Below, in pieces: positions 18,461-27,553 of a stretch of DNA of 64,000 bases; positions within the stretch are counted from its first letter, which is position 1, and each line of letters begins with the position of its first letter. The DNA comes from a virus, in the IMG/VR virus record IMGVR_UViG_3300036820_000011, positions 18,853 to 82,852 of that record; one strand, given 5' to 3'. The notes under the pieces were generated by a model. It worked only from the letters and a program-made list of their open reading frames with translations. It had not been told where the DNA came from and did no database searches. A program made the translations under genes and the position numbers.

Positions 18461-18973
18461 TCAGATCGTCTCGATCCAGCGGGCTCCGACCTTGAGGGTC
18501 ACCGTGGCGAAGGTCTGCACACGGAACTGGAGGTAGACGGCGCTGGACCCGCCGATGGGCGGATAGTCGGCCAGTGGCCAGATCTTGCCGTACGAACTGT
18601 AGACGTACTGGCTGTCCAGGGTCTTCAGCGTGGTGTTCGTCGTGATCAGTCCGGTGCCGTATCCGGTCGACGCGGTTCCCATGGTGAGGCGGGACGCCAG
18701 GAGGCCGGTGTCGTCCATGACCGGGAACACGGTCGTGGTCGTGTGCGCCGTGGACATGGTGGACGCCGACGCCGTGGTGGCGACCTCGAACAGCGCGCCC
18801 GCCGTCTGGATGGAGTTGAGCGAGCACCACCACTCGACCAGCTGGATCTGGCCGTTGGCGGGCACACCGAGCTGGAGCGTGCAGCCGGTGGCCGTGTTGA
18901 TGGCCTCGCCGCCGTTGATCGCCGTTCCGGTCGACACCCCGGCGTTGTACGTCTGGAACATGGAGCCGGGCAC
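18461..18973 (-). CDS. putative virion structural protein
   Basis: GAGG RBS; Thr-rich beta protein in the structural operon. Confidence 0.65.
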   Translation of the reverse strand: MPGSMFQTYNAGVSTGTAINGGEAINTATGCTLQLGVPANGQIQLVEWWCSLNSIQTAGALFEVATTASASTMSTAHTTTTVFPVMDDTGLLASRLTMGTASTGYGTGLITTNTTLKTLDSQYVYSSYGKIWPLADYPPIGGSSAVYLQFRVQTFATVTLKVGARWIETI

Positions 18974-18981
18974 AGATCACC

Positions 18982-19521
18982 TCACCAGACCGAAGCGCGC
19001 GAGACGGCCTCGTGCCGCTGGAACAGCGGGCCGACCGGGTCCTCTGTCGGCGTGCCGAAGAAGTGGACGTCCGTGTAGAAGATGTCCCCGCCGGTCGTGG
19101 CGATCGGCAGGAACATCGGGATGCAGGTGACCGACAGTGCCGCCGGGGCAGCCCGGAGGACGACATGCGTCCACGCGTTCTGTGCCAGGGGAATGGGGCT
19201 CCCGGACAGGTCGGTGTCCGAGATGTAGGTTCCCCCGGAGTTGTACCAGTCGATCTCCGCACTGCACGTCCGGCTGGCCAGTGCCGTGTACACCCAGCAG
19301 GACAGGGTGTAGGTCACGCCGATTGTGACGGCGATCTTCGCGTCGTTGTACTGCGGCCCGGTCGTCCCGGCAGCCGTGGCCGTGATCTTGATCGAGTGCG
19401 TGTCGCTGTAGGCAAAGGTCGTGGACGAGGCGACTGTCCCGTTCCCGGCGGTGACCCAGTCGCCGATGCCCCCCTCGACGTCCTCCGCCGCAGCCGAGAA
19501 CTTGTTCCCGTAGAGCGCCAC
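18982..19521 (-). CDS. carbohydrate-binding-module-like virion protein
   Basis: A..DVEG...W...AYS.THS.K.T...YTLSCWV...IDWYNSGG.YIS...WT. Confidence 0.65.
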   Translation of the reverse strand: MALYGNKFSAAAEDVEGGIGDWVTAGNGTVASSTTFAYSDTHSIKITATAAGTTGPQYNDAKIAVTIGVTYTLSCWVYTALASRTCSAEIDWYNSGGTYISDTDLSGSPIPLAQNAWTHVVLRAAPAALSVTCIPMFLPIATTGGDIFYTDVHFFGTPTEDPVGPLFQRHEAVSRASVW

Positions 19522-19539
19522 TGGGGACTCCCATCGGGA

Positions 19540-19803
19540 TTACCGGCTGCAGCCGTAGGCACAGAGGATCACTGAGTCGCCGCTGGCCCCGGTCGGGATA
19601 GTGACCACTGTGCCGGACACGGCGGCGCTTCCGGTGAACACGACGGTGACCCCGAGGATCGATGCCCGGCGCACGGACGAGAACTCGTTGGACAGATCAG
19701 CGGTGTCACCGCCGTTGACGTTCAGGAAGGCGTAGGCGGCAACCCGGTCGGTGTCACCGTTGAGCCACTTCAGCGGGTACTGCGACACGGGCAGGACGGC
19801 CAT
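19540..19803 (-). CDS. hypothetical protein
   Basis: GAGGAG RBS, ATG at 19803. Confidence 0.55.
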   Translation of the reverse strand: MAVLPVSQYPLKWLNGDTDRVAAYAFLNVNGGDTADLSNEFSSVRRASILGVTVVFTGSAAVSGTVVTIPTGASGDSVILCAYGCSR

Positions 19804-19842
19804 CGGTCTACTCCTCTCCGGGACGTTTCCGCAGGTCACATA

Positions 19843-20328
19843 CTAGACCGTGAAAGTAAAGATTCCGGAAGCGCTGAAATTGACAGAGAAAGTTCCTGCG
19901 GTGACTGTCTGTACACCGCCAAAATAATTGAAGCAGATGCCCTGCTTGGCCACAGTGCCACCGGTGATCGTGCTGTCGTAGACCAGGATTCCGTAGGCGG
20001 TGATCGTAGCCGTGGCTGAACTGGAGATGTTGGCTGCCGCGTACGTGAGCACCCCGGCGCTGACGGAGACCGCCGCACTGGCCAGTGCTATGCCGCCAGC
20101 GACCCAGTCAGTACCCGAGTTGACTTCGTTCCCAGTAGTCCAGGTACTGGTGTTGTACCCCGTAGACGTAACAGCTGCGGTCCGGTCCGGTGCGGTCGTG
20201 TTGTCGTAGAGCGTCACCTTGACCGTGTCGGCCACCAGTCCCGCATACGAGGTCGGCAGGCTCGCCTTTGGCCCGCACATCGGGTTGTTCACCCACTGCA
20301 CGAAGATATTGCTCGAAGACCATGCCAT
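19843..20328 (-). CDS. putative virion structural protein
   Basis: DTVKV.LY...NEV..G..W.AGG..L...GTF.V.F...GIF pattern typical of phage fibre clusters. Confidence 0.65.
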   Translation of the reverse strand: MAWSSSNIFVQWVNNPMCGPKASLPTSYAGLVADTVKVTLYDNTTAPDRTAAVTSTGYNTSTWTTGNEVNSGTDWVAGGIALASAAVSVSAGVLTYAAANISSSATATITAYGILVYDSTITGGTVAKQGICFNYFGGVQTVTAGTFSVNFSASGIFTFTV

Positions 20329-20329
20329 G

Positions 20330-20635
20330 TCAGGCCGCCCCTCCGCGTGCCGTCGGCACGTTCGACAGCAGATCGTTGGAACCGTCGGGCCGCTCGACGG
20401 ACACCGCCATGATCGGGCGTCCGTCGCCGTCGTAGTGGACGATCTCGTTGCCGACGTAGTCTTCGCGCTCGACCGCCCGGACCCGGCACACGGTACCCTC
20501 CAGGACCATCGGGGCGAGCAGGCCCTTCAGTCCACGGCACTGGTGGTACCTGTTCGTCTGGCCCCGGGCAGCTTCCCGGACCGGGCAGTTGGGGCACACC
20601 CAGACCTGGAGCACGGGAGTGAGAATCGGGATCAT
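20330..20635 (-). CDS. hypothetical protein (CPNC...H.C)
   Basis: In-operon, G/C-ending codons. Confidence 0.6.
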   Translation of the reverse strand: MIPILTPVLQVWVCPNCPVREAARGQTNRYHQCRGLKGLLAPMVLEGTVCRVRAVEREDYVGNEIVHYDGDGRPIMAVSVERPDGSNDLLSNVPTARGGAA

Positions 20636-20647
20636 GTCAGCCGCCCG

Positions 20648-21343
20648 TCAGTTCAGCGTGACCGGGTTGCACCCGGCCGCCGGTGGCTGGACGGTGGTCA
20701 CGGTCCACAGCCAGTGGTCCAGGCTGCTGACGACGTTGCTGCCCGGCAGCCAGGTCGTCCCGTTGCCGGGCCCGGCTCCCCACCCGGTCGTACTGACCAC
20801 GCCTGCCGCCCTGGTCTGGCCGATGATCTGGACCGAGGTGCGGGCGTTGGCGATCGTGTACTGCCCGATCTTGCCCATGCCCACGTTCGGCCACGCGTTG
20901 TAGATCCACCGCTGGAGTCCGGTGACCGGGTCGCACTGGGAGGTCCCGGCGACGCGCTGCCACACCTCCAGGGAGAAGTGGTTGGACATCAGGCCCTGCA
21001 TGGCCGCGAAGCCGTAGCCGGTGGTCGAGATGGCCAGTTCCCGGGCGCTCATCATATAGGCGATCGCAGTCTGGTTGACCTCGCAGAAGTCCATGGTCAG
21101 CTGGAAGCGCTTGAGGACCGGGTCGTCCATCTGGTTCACGCAGGGGCTGCCGTCGGCCGTCAGCTCCATGAACTCGACGCCGTCGTTGTACTGCGGGTCC
21201 ATCTGGACCTGGACGAAGCCCTGGGAGACGATCTGGATGCTGCTGGTTCCGGTTACCGGGTTGCCGCAGGCGTCGACCGCACACATGCGGTAGTAAGATC
21301 CTTTGATCGGAGTTACGCAGGTAGCTACAGCGGACATGGACAT
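20648..21343 (-). CDS. major tail protein
   Basis: IKG...R...VDACG.P...GFVQV...G.E....ADG..CV...FC.V...FSLEVW. Confidence 0.8.
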   Translation of the reverse strand: MSMSAVATCVTPIKGSYYRMCAVDACGNPVTGTSSIQIVSQGFVQVQMDPQYNDGVEFMELTADGSPCVNQMDDPVLKRFQLTMDFCEVNQTAIAYMMSARELAISTTGYGFAAMQGLMSNHFSLEVWQRVAGTSQCDPVTGLQRWIYNAWPNVGMGKIGQYTIANARTSVQIIGQTRAAGVVSTTGWGAGPGNGTTWLPGSNVVSSLDHWLWTVTTVQPPAAGCNPVTLN

Positions 21344-21350
21344 TCACCCC

Positions 21351-22265
21351 TTACGTGGGTACTCCGAGCAGGACGTTGGCGGCCAGGTGGGCGCACTCCC
21401 AGCCGAGGCAGTAGGTGCGCATGGCCAGGCGCTTGACCGTGTTCTTGCTCCGGTCGAAAGTGCCCGGCATCTGCATGATCTCGATGTCCGAGCGGTAGCC
21501 GAACACCGCCCCGGTGGCGTAGATCCACACCTGGACCGAGGTGGCGGCCGACCCGGCAGGAGAGCTGCCGGTGTAGCCGCCTCCGGCCACGACCAGGTTC
21601 CCGGCCGGAGTGTAGAGCTTGCCGTCGTCCGGGTTGAGCAGGACGAGCTTCCAGGCCCGGAAGGTGCTCAGGGCCTGGCGCGGGATGTGGATGACGCCCT
21701 GGCCGCCGTAGCTGGCCGCCAGCTGGGTCTCCAACTGGCCGAGCGCCGTGGCGGCGTCCACCCCGGTCCCGGTGACCGTCTGACTGGCAGCCGTCTGCAG
21801 GGTGATGCCGTTCGGGTCGCTGAGCGTGCCCGCCGAGGCCAGGTGCGGCCACACGGTGGGCTGGCCGCCTGCCTGCCCGGTCCAGAACGCCTGCTCGACC
21901 ACGAAGGACTCGACGCGCTGGAGGTTGGTCTCCGCCAGTGCCCGCAGGCCGAGCGAATCGAGACCGACCGGCGAGGCGTCGAACTCGGCGTAGACCGTGA
22001 ACGGCGTCGCACCCCGGTAGGTCTCGGTGACGTTGGATGACAGGGCGGAGTTGACCGGAGGGGAACCGCCGGTGCCGGTGACCGCGATGCAGTCGTCGTA
22101 GGCCGTGACCGAGGCGGACACCGTGGACGGGCAGAGGTCCACCCACGTGATGCCGTTCTGCCAGTGCGGGTCCCCGGAGGGCCGCTGCTGGACCCCGGTG
22201 TCCCACAGGCCGTAGGGGAGCGCGGTGAAGTCGGGACTGTCGACTACCTGACGGGCTCCGGCCAT
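21351..22265 (-). CDS. capsid pentamer/minor capsid protein
   Basis: Follows major capsid; YGL..., HWQNG, PFTVYA, E...VEQAFW, TP.GN.VV.GGGY, WIYATG.V. Confidence 0.7.
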   Translation of the reverse strand: MAGARQVVDSPDFTALPYGLWDTGVQQRPSGDPHWQNGITWVDLCPSTVSASVTAYDDCIAVTGTGGSPPVNSALSSNVTETYRGATPFTVYAEFDASPVGLDSLGLRALAETNLQRVESFVVEQAFWTGQAGGQPTVWPHLASAGTLSDPNGITLQTAASQTVTGTGVDAATALGQLETQLAASYGGQGVIHIPRQALSTFRAWKLVLLNPDDGKLYTPAGNLVVAGGGYTGSSPAGSAATSVQVWIYATGAVFGYRSDIEIMQMPGTFDRSKNTVKRLAMRTYCLGWECAHLAANVLLGVPT

Positions 22266-22301
22266 GACTCACACTCCCTTCGCGCCTACGGTACGGACGG
22301 T

Positions 22302-24086
22302 CTAGTACGCGGGAGTGATGGTGCCGGAACCGGCACCGCTGGTCTGGTAGGTCACGGTGTAGAGCCGCGACTCGTGCCCGACCTTGGCGATCAGGTGCGC
22401 CTCTTCTGCCCAGGCTGCCGTGAAATCGTTCTCCGCGTTCAGGATCGAGTCCCGGACGATGCCGAGGTCGAGGCTGAGCCCGGTGCCGTGCAGGAAGGTC
22501 CCGGCGGCGTAGAGCATGAACTTCGCCGTGGTCTGCCAGGCCGTGACGTTGGCGGCCGACTGGCCGAACTGCCCGGAGCCACGGACCTGCCAGTCCGAGA
22601 CGAACTGGACCGCGATGCCACGGTCGGCGAACATCCCGGTGATGACCGAGTCCGGCACCGACAGCATGCTGTCGTCACCGTAGGTGCGCCACGCGAGGTC
22701 GGCCCGGATGTTGGCGAGGACCCAGGTGGGCAGCACGCATTCCAGGACCGCCGTGTCCGACATGGCGAACTTGTTCCGGTAGTCCACCGCTGCCAGCTCG
22801 ACGCCGTTCATGATGCCGTTGAACGCGGTCATGGTGGAAGACCCACCGATACCGATCGAGTTCGTGGACGCCGTCTGCATCAGCGAGATCAGCCGGGCGT
22901 TCATGGCGTGCGCATAGGCGTTGCGCAGCAGCCGCAGGAAGTTCTGGGTCGCCTCGGGATAGGCCGAGTCGGTCAGGTTGCCTGCGGTGAGCGTGAGGCC
23001 GTACGCCTCAAGCCGGGTGGTGTTGAAGCTGGCACACGGTACCCGCAGGGTGGGCTTGTTGACCGAGCCGGTAACGGTGAGGATGTCGTCGGTCTCGGAC
23101 CACAGCCACGGGTCGGAGGCGTTGCTGAAGGCGAAGGCGAACCCGCCCATGCCGGACGCGGCGTTGGACGCCCCGGCGGTGTAGAACACGTCCGAGATCG
23201 CCGGGCTGGTCGGGTACATGATCCCGCCACGGGACACGCCCACGGTCGGCAGGTCGATCATCCCGGACGGCGTGTCGGAGATGTTGAACAGGTCGTACTT
23301 GATCTCGCTCGGGGCGCACCACCCACCACCGGCCAGCAGCGACTCCTGCCGGTCCTTGCTGGTGAGGTCCCGGACCAGGCGCTCGATCTGGGCCGGGGAG
23401 GTGCGGTCGTCCACCGTGTGGGAGAACTCGTTCTTGATCGACGCCACCTGGTAGCGCGGCGCGCCCTTGCCCATGGCGGTCGCCGGGATGGACTTGGCCC
23501 GGTCGATGAAGGCTTCGGCCAGCGCGTCGATGCCGGGCACGTTGGCCCCGGCGTGCAGGCTGCGTCCCGGCATGTCGACGGCGATGACCGTCTGGAGCGT
23601 GGAAGCGGTCTGGACCTTGGGGTCGGGAGCCGCTGCCTGGGTGGCGCTGAGTCCGGCCGCGCGGCGGACGACCTCGGCCGCGCCGTTGCTGCGCTGCGGT
23701 CCCATGGCTGCGATCAGGCCCTGGGTGACGCCGCGCGCCGCCGCTGCCGCGATGGCTTCCTCGTCCAGGGTGTGGGCCGGGGCCGCAGGCTCGCCCTCGT
23801 TCCCGTGCACCCGGGCCGCGAGGCGGGCCATGGTCTGAGCTGCCGCGTCCTGGGACGACTTGGCGTTGAGGTCGGCGCGGACCTTGCGGACTTCGAGTTC
23901 GGCCCGGAGGCGGTCCAGCGAGTCCGTCAGGACCATCGCGTACTGGATGACCGCCGTCGAGAGGTTCTCCGGGTCGTTGACGCGCTCGAACTCGGCCTCC
24001 GCCCGGTCACGAAGGGTCGACAGCTCCGCATCACTCACCAGGGTGAGGTCGTCGGGGCAAGAGAACTGTTCCTCAGGCACCGGCAC
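22302..24086 (-). CDS. major capsid (hexamer) protein with N-terminal scaffold-like region
   Basis: L.AGGGWCAPSE..YD, DLP.V...RGG..YP, QFV.DWQ, LDLG.VRDS.LN..ND; GGAGG RBS. Confidence 0.88.
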   Translation of the reverse strand: MPVPEEQFSCPDDLTLVSDAELSTLRDRAEAEFERVNDPENLSTAVIQYAMVLTDSLDRLRAELEVRKVRADLNAKSSQDAAAQTMARLAARVHGNEGEPAAPAHTLDEEAIAAAAARGVTQGLIAAMGPQRSNGAAEVVRRAAGLSATQAAAPDPKVQTASTLQTVIAVDMPGRSLHAGANVPGIDALAEAFIDRAKSIPATAMGKGAPRYQVASIKNEFSHTVDDRTSPAQIERLVRDLTSKDRQESLLAGGGWCAPSEIKYDLFNISDTPSGMIDLPTVGVSRGGIMYPTSPAISDVFYTAGASNAASGMGGFAFAFSNASDPWLWSETDDILTVTGSVNKPTLRVPCASFNTTRLEAYGLTLTAGNLTDSAYPEATQNFLRLLRNAYAHAMNARLISLMQTASTNSIGIGGSSTMTAFNGIMNGVELAAVDYRNKFAMSDTAVLECVLPTWVLANIRADLAWRTYGDDSMLSVPDSVITGMFADRGIAVQFVSDWQVRGSGQFGQSAANVTAWQTTAKFMLYAAGTFLHGTGLSLDLGIVRDSILNAENDFTAAWAEEAHLIAKVGHESRLYTVTYQTSGAGSGTITPAY

Positions 24087-24191
24087 GGTGTCCTCCCCAA
24101 GGCAGGTGGATGGTCTGGCGGAACCATACCACCGCACCTGCGATTCTCAGGGGATCTCGCTATTTCACTTAACCGATGCGGTTAAGTGAAG

Positions 24192-24326
24192 TCACTCCTC
24201 CATGGATTCCACGAACACCGGCTCGGGGATCTCTGCGTTCTCCAGCCCGGTCGCCTGCTGGATCGGCTGCGGTGCCTGGTAGGCGGGCGGGGGCGGGAAG
24301 TAGGGCTGCTGCGAACACCCACACAT
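24192..24326 (-). CDS. small MCGC-type protein
   Basis: GAGG RBS; between protease and capsid genes. Confidence 0.45.
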   Translation of the reverse strand: MCGCSQQPYFPPPPAYQAPQPIQQATGLENAEIPEPVFVESMEE

Positions 24327-24331
24327 GATCG

Positions 24332-27300
24332 TTACCTCTTCACCTTCCGGACCAGCATCGCCATCACACGCTGCATGGCCTGCTGGTCGAGGTCTTCCTC
24401 GGACAGTTCCACGGTACGCGGCGGCGGGGAGCCCGCAGCCACGAGCGACTGCAGGACGCCGCTGGCCACCCGGACGCGGGGGGACGGCGCGGCGAACCCG
24501 CCGACGTTGACACCCAGCAGACCGACCAGCCGGAGCTTGCCGCCGATGCGCCGCCAGTCGCCGGAGACGCGGCCGGACGCCCGGAGCGCCGCGACCTTCG
24601 CCGGGTCGGCGTCGGGCCGGATCGCGCCCGCCACCCAGATGCCGACGCTGTCGTTGCCGCAGGTGACGTCGGCGACCACGGCCCCGGTGTGGTCGTAGTG
24701 GTCCACCGCTGCCTGCGCCCCGGCGTTCGGGGAGGCGTGGCCGGTGGCGATGGTGATCTGCCCGACGGCCACGGTGGTGTCGTCGTCGCACAGGATCTCG
24801 CCGGTCAGGTAGTAGGCGTGCTGGTCCTCGACCGGCATCGTCACGCACTGGTTGGCGTAGCCGATGTGGCAGCTGCCCTTCGCGGCGGCGTGCCCGTACA
24901 CCCGGCCGTCGGCGGTCACCGTGATGTCCGTCCACAGGTTCAGGCCCGGGTTCTCGAACCACTCCGCAGGGGGCGCGTAGTCCATGACCGGCGCGGCGTA
25001 GGCCACCAGCGCCTCGGGTTCCGGCTGGGCGGCTTCCCACTCGGCCGGGTCCATCGCGCCTCCGGCGACGACCGATCCGGTGTCGGGGTCGGTCAGCTGG
25101 ATATAGGCTTCGGCGAACGCCGGGATGTCGCACAGTGTGGCGGCGGAGATCCGGCCACCGTGGTAGATCACCTTGTCCGGTGGGGCGAACAGCGCCAGGA
25201 ACGGGTCGGCGTCGGGGTCCTCACCGTCGACCTGCGGATAGATCATCTCGACGTCGGCGTCCTTGATCGAGTCGGCATCGATCGACACGCCCCGCAGCAT
25301 CTGGTTCTGGACCTTGCTGTAGGCGGTCTGGCCGTCCGGGGTGGACAGGTCGAAGACACCGGATGCCTTGATCAGTCCGCCGTCCCGGTTGATCGAGTCG
25401 ATCCGGCCGACGTTGACGGCTTCGGTCCTGGGCTCGCCGCCGTGGCTGTCCACCCGGTTCCAGCGCAGCGGGATCGGCAGGTCCCGCCAGGTCAGGGCAT
25501 CTGGTGCGAATTCCCGGCCGTCGCCGGAGGTCTTGCCCTCGGGAGCCAGTACGCCTTCCCACGGCGCGGTCTGGCCGCCTTCGGGCATCGCGACCGGGGC
25601 AGGCGCTGCGGGCTCGGGGACGAACAGGTGGCTGTGGCCGGTCGCCGAGAGGTTGTCCGGCACGGGCTCCCCGATGGCGTGGTAGTGCGCGACCAGGTGG
25701 GACTTCGCTGCAGCGACCGCCGCCGGGCTGTGGCCCTTGAGCCCGCTGAACCGGCCCGCCGCTGCTCCGAGCCCGGCCCGGCTCAGTTCGCCGTCCGGTT
25801 CGTGGTGCGGCAGGAAGCACGCCGTCTTCGGCGGCTCATCCCCGGGGTCGCAGGCCGCCGACGCGGTCTTGTACTGCTGGTCGGAGAACCGGGAAGCCGC
25901 GCCGTCCCAGGGCGCGTCGCTGACCGACGGCCCGGAGGCGAAGTGCGCCGCGTCGTCCGGGCAGTCCGCGCACGGCGCGCCGTTGATCTCGCTCATCTCG
26001 CTGCCCGGGGCGGTGCTGCCGTTCGGCTTGTTGGCCTTGAGCCGCTTGTCCTTGGCGGTGCCCGTGCTGGGCTTGCCGCCGAGTTCCTCTTCGGTGACGG
26101 TGGTCACAGTCGTTTCCTCCTCGGCGGATGCCAGCATCCCCTGGTCCCACACAGCGTAGATGGTGCCCCGGCAGTTGCCGCCGCCCAGGCAGTCGATGTA
26201 GCCGCCGCCAGGATAGGCGCTCTCCGCGTCGTCCAGGCTGGAGAACGCCTTGCCGTCGATCGCGGTGCAGTTGGAACAGGTGCGGTCGTCCATCAGTTCG
26301 GTGGCGTAGTACGTAGCCGCCGGAGCCGCTTCCAGCACCGCGATGCGCCCGGCGTTCTGGGCAGACGACATGGCGTTGCCGAGCCACTGCTTCTCGAATG
26401 CGTCGGTCAGGCTCTGCAGGAACTGCTCGATCTCGGAGGCGAGCCGGATGCCGGAGAACGTCCCGAGCAGGGACATGGCCCGCTGCACCGCCGACTGGAC
26501 CAGCCGGGTGCCCAGCGTGCGCGAGGTGAGCTGGGAGACGCTGCGCAGCAGGTCGAGTCCCTTGAGGGAGGCGGTCAGGCTCCAGTCGCCGACGGTGACG
26601 CCCTGCTGCTCGGCCTCCCGCTGCTGGGCCTTCCCGGCTGCCTGGGCCACGATGGTCATGCGCTGGTAGAGCACCTCGGCCGCCGCGCTGGTGTCGACGC
26701 TCAGGCTGCCCAGGTCGTCCGCGCCGCCGAGGGAGATCTGGTTGTAGATCTGGTTCCGCCAGTCGGCGGTGATCCCCTTCCAGTCGTGCAGCGCCCCGCT
26801 GACAGCCGTGTCCCAGGACCGCTGGTGCTGCGCGAAGTCGACTTTCGCCGCCTGCTCGGTAGCGTTCGGCAGCCTCCGGAACTCGCCCGGGTGCTTGGGC
26901 GGCTTCACTTTCGCGGCGGCCGTGACCCCGGAGCTACCGCTCAGCGGGATGTCCGTGTCCTCGCTGCCGAAGGAGACCCGGACCCGGTCGAAGGTCACCG
27001 GACCCAGCGCCTTCTCCAGGGTCGGGGCCAGGGTCAGGTCATCGGTGTAGGCGGCACAGATATGGGCTGCCCAAGGCGTGTGCTGGTCCGGTGCGTTGAC
27101 GTCGTCCGGATCACTGCCGAGTACAGCATCCAGGACGGCGTCCACAGTGCCGTGGATGTGCTCCAGATCCGGGCAGTCCACCGCCGGGTCGTCGCCGATG
27201 TTCCAGATCCAGGACGGAGAAGACCCGGTGCCGTTCCAGTGCCCGATCCCGAAGATGTTCGCCTGGACCGGAGCGAGCCCGCCCAGCATGTCCGTGGCGG

Positions 27301-27553
27301 CAGCGATGATCCCCGCTCGCAGGTCGGCGGAGTAGATCGATGCGTTCGGGCCCAGGTAGTAGAGCGTGCAGTGCAGTTCGGCTGCCGCCTCGCCTCCCTT
27401 GACCGCCAGCCGCTTGGCATCGGCAGGCGTTGGCATCAGCGCGATCATGCAGCCGGTGTGGGCGACGGCACTGGCGTCACCGTTCGCCAGCGCGGTCCGG
27501 CGGCCGTGGGCGGACTGCACGTGGTGGCCGCGCTGGTGGAAGTCCTCAGGCAT
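24332..27553 (-). CDS. 2H-phosphoesterase + MuF-like + capsid maturation protease fusion
   Basis: LHCTL..LG and AHICAAY; D.RTC..C...DG...C.GG.NCRG; EG..SGDGR.F...L.WR.LP.PL, GVSID, AATLC.IPAF, SGDWR. Confidence 0.85.
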   Translation of the reverse strand: MPEDFHQRGHHVQSAHGRRTALANGDASAVAHTGCMIALMPTPADAKRLAVKGGEAAAELHCTLYYLGPNASIYSADLRAGIIAAATDMLGGLAPVQANIFGIGHWNGTGSSPSWIWNIGDDPAVDCPDLEHIHGTVDAVLDAVLGSDPDDVNAPDQHTPWAAHICAAYTDDLTLAPTLEKALGPVTFDRVRVSFGSEDTDIPLSGSSGVTAAAKVKPPKHPGEFRRLPNATEQAAKVDFAQHQRSWDTAVSGALHDWKGITADWRNQIYNQISLGGADDLGSLSVDTSAAAEVLYQRMTIVAQAAGKAQQREAEQQGVTVGDWSLTASLKGLDLLRSVSQLTSRTLGTRLVQSAVQRAMSLLGTFSGIRLASEIEQFLQSLTDAFEKQWLGNAMSSAQNAGRIAVLEAAPAATYYATELMDDRTCSNCTAIDGKAFSSLDDAESAYPGGGYIDCLGGGNCRGTIYAVWDQGMLASAEEETTVTTVTEEELGGKPSTGTAKDKRLKANKPNGSTAPGSEMSEINGAPCADCPDDAAHFASGPSVSDAPWDGAASRFSDQQYKTASAACDPGDEPPKTACFLPHHEPDGELSRAGLGAAAGRFSGLKGHSPAAVAAAKSHLVAHYHAIGEPVPDNLSATGHSHLFVPEPAAPAPVAMPEGGQTAPWEGVLAPEGKTSGDGREFAPDALTWRDLPIPLRWNRVDSHGGEPRTEAVNVGRIDSINRDGGLIKASGVFDLSTPDGQTAYSKVQNQMLRGVSIDADSIKDADVEMIYPQVDGEDPDADPFLALFAPPDKVIYHGGRISAATLCDIPAFAEAYIQLTDPDTGSVVAGGAMDPAEWEAAQPEPEALVAYAAPVMDYAPPAEWFENPGLNLWTDITVTADGRVYGHAAAKGSCHIGYANQCVTMPVEDQHAYYLTGEILCDDDTTVAVGQITIATGHASPNAGAQAAVDHYDHTGAVVADVTCGNDSVGIWVAGAIRPDADPAKVAALRASGRVSGDWRRIGGKLRLVGLLGVNVGGFAAPSPRVRVASGVLQSLVAAGSPPPRTVELSEEDLDQQAMQRVMAMLVRKVKR

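Noticed and set aside
19843-19935. AT-rich gene 3' end as a diversity-generating retroelement variable repeat
   Set aside because: No reverse transcriptase and no template repeat seen in the window; more likely another recoded patch
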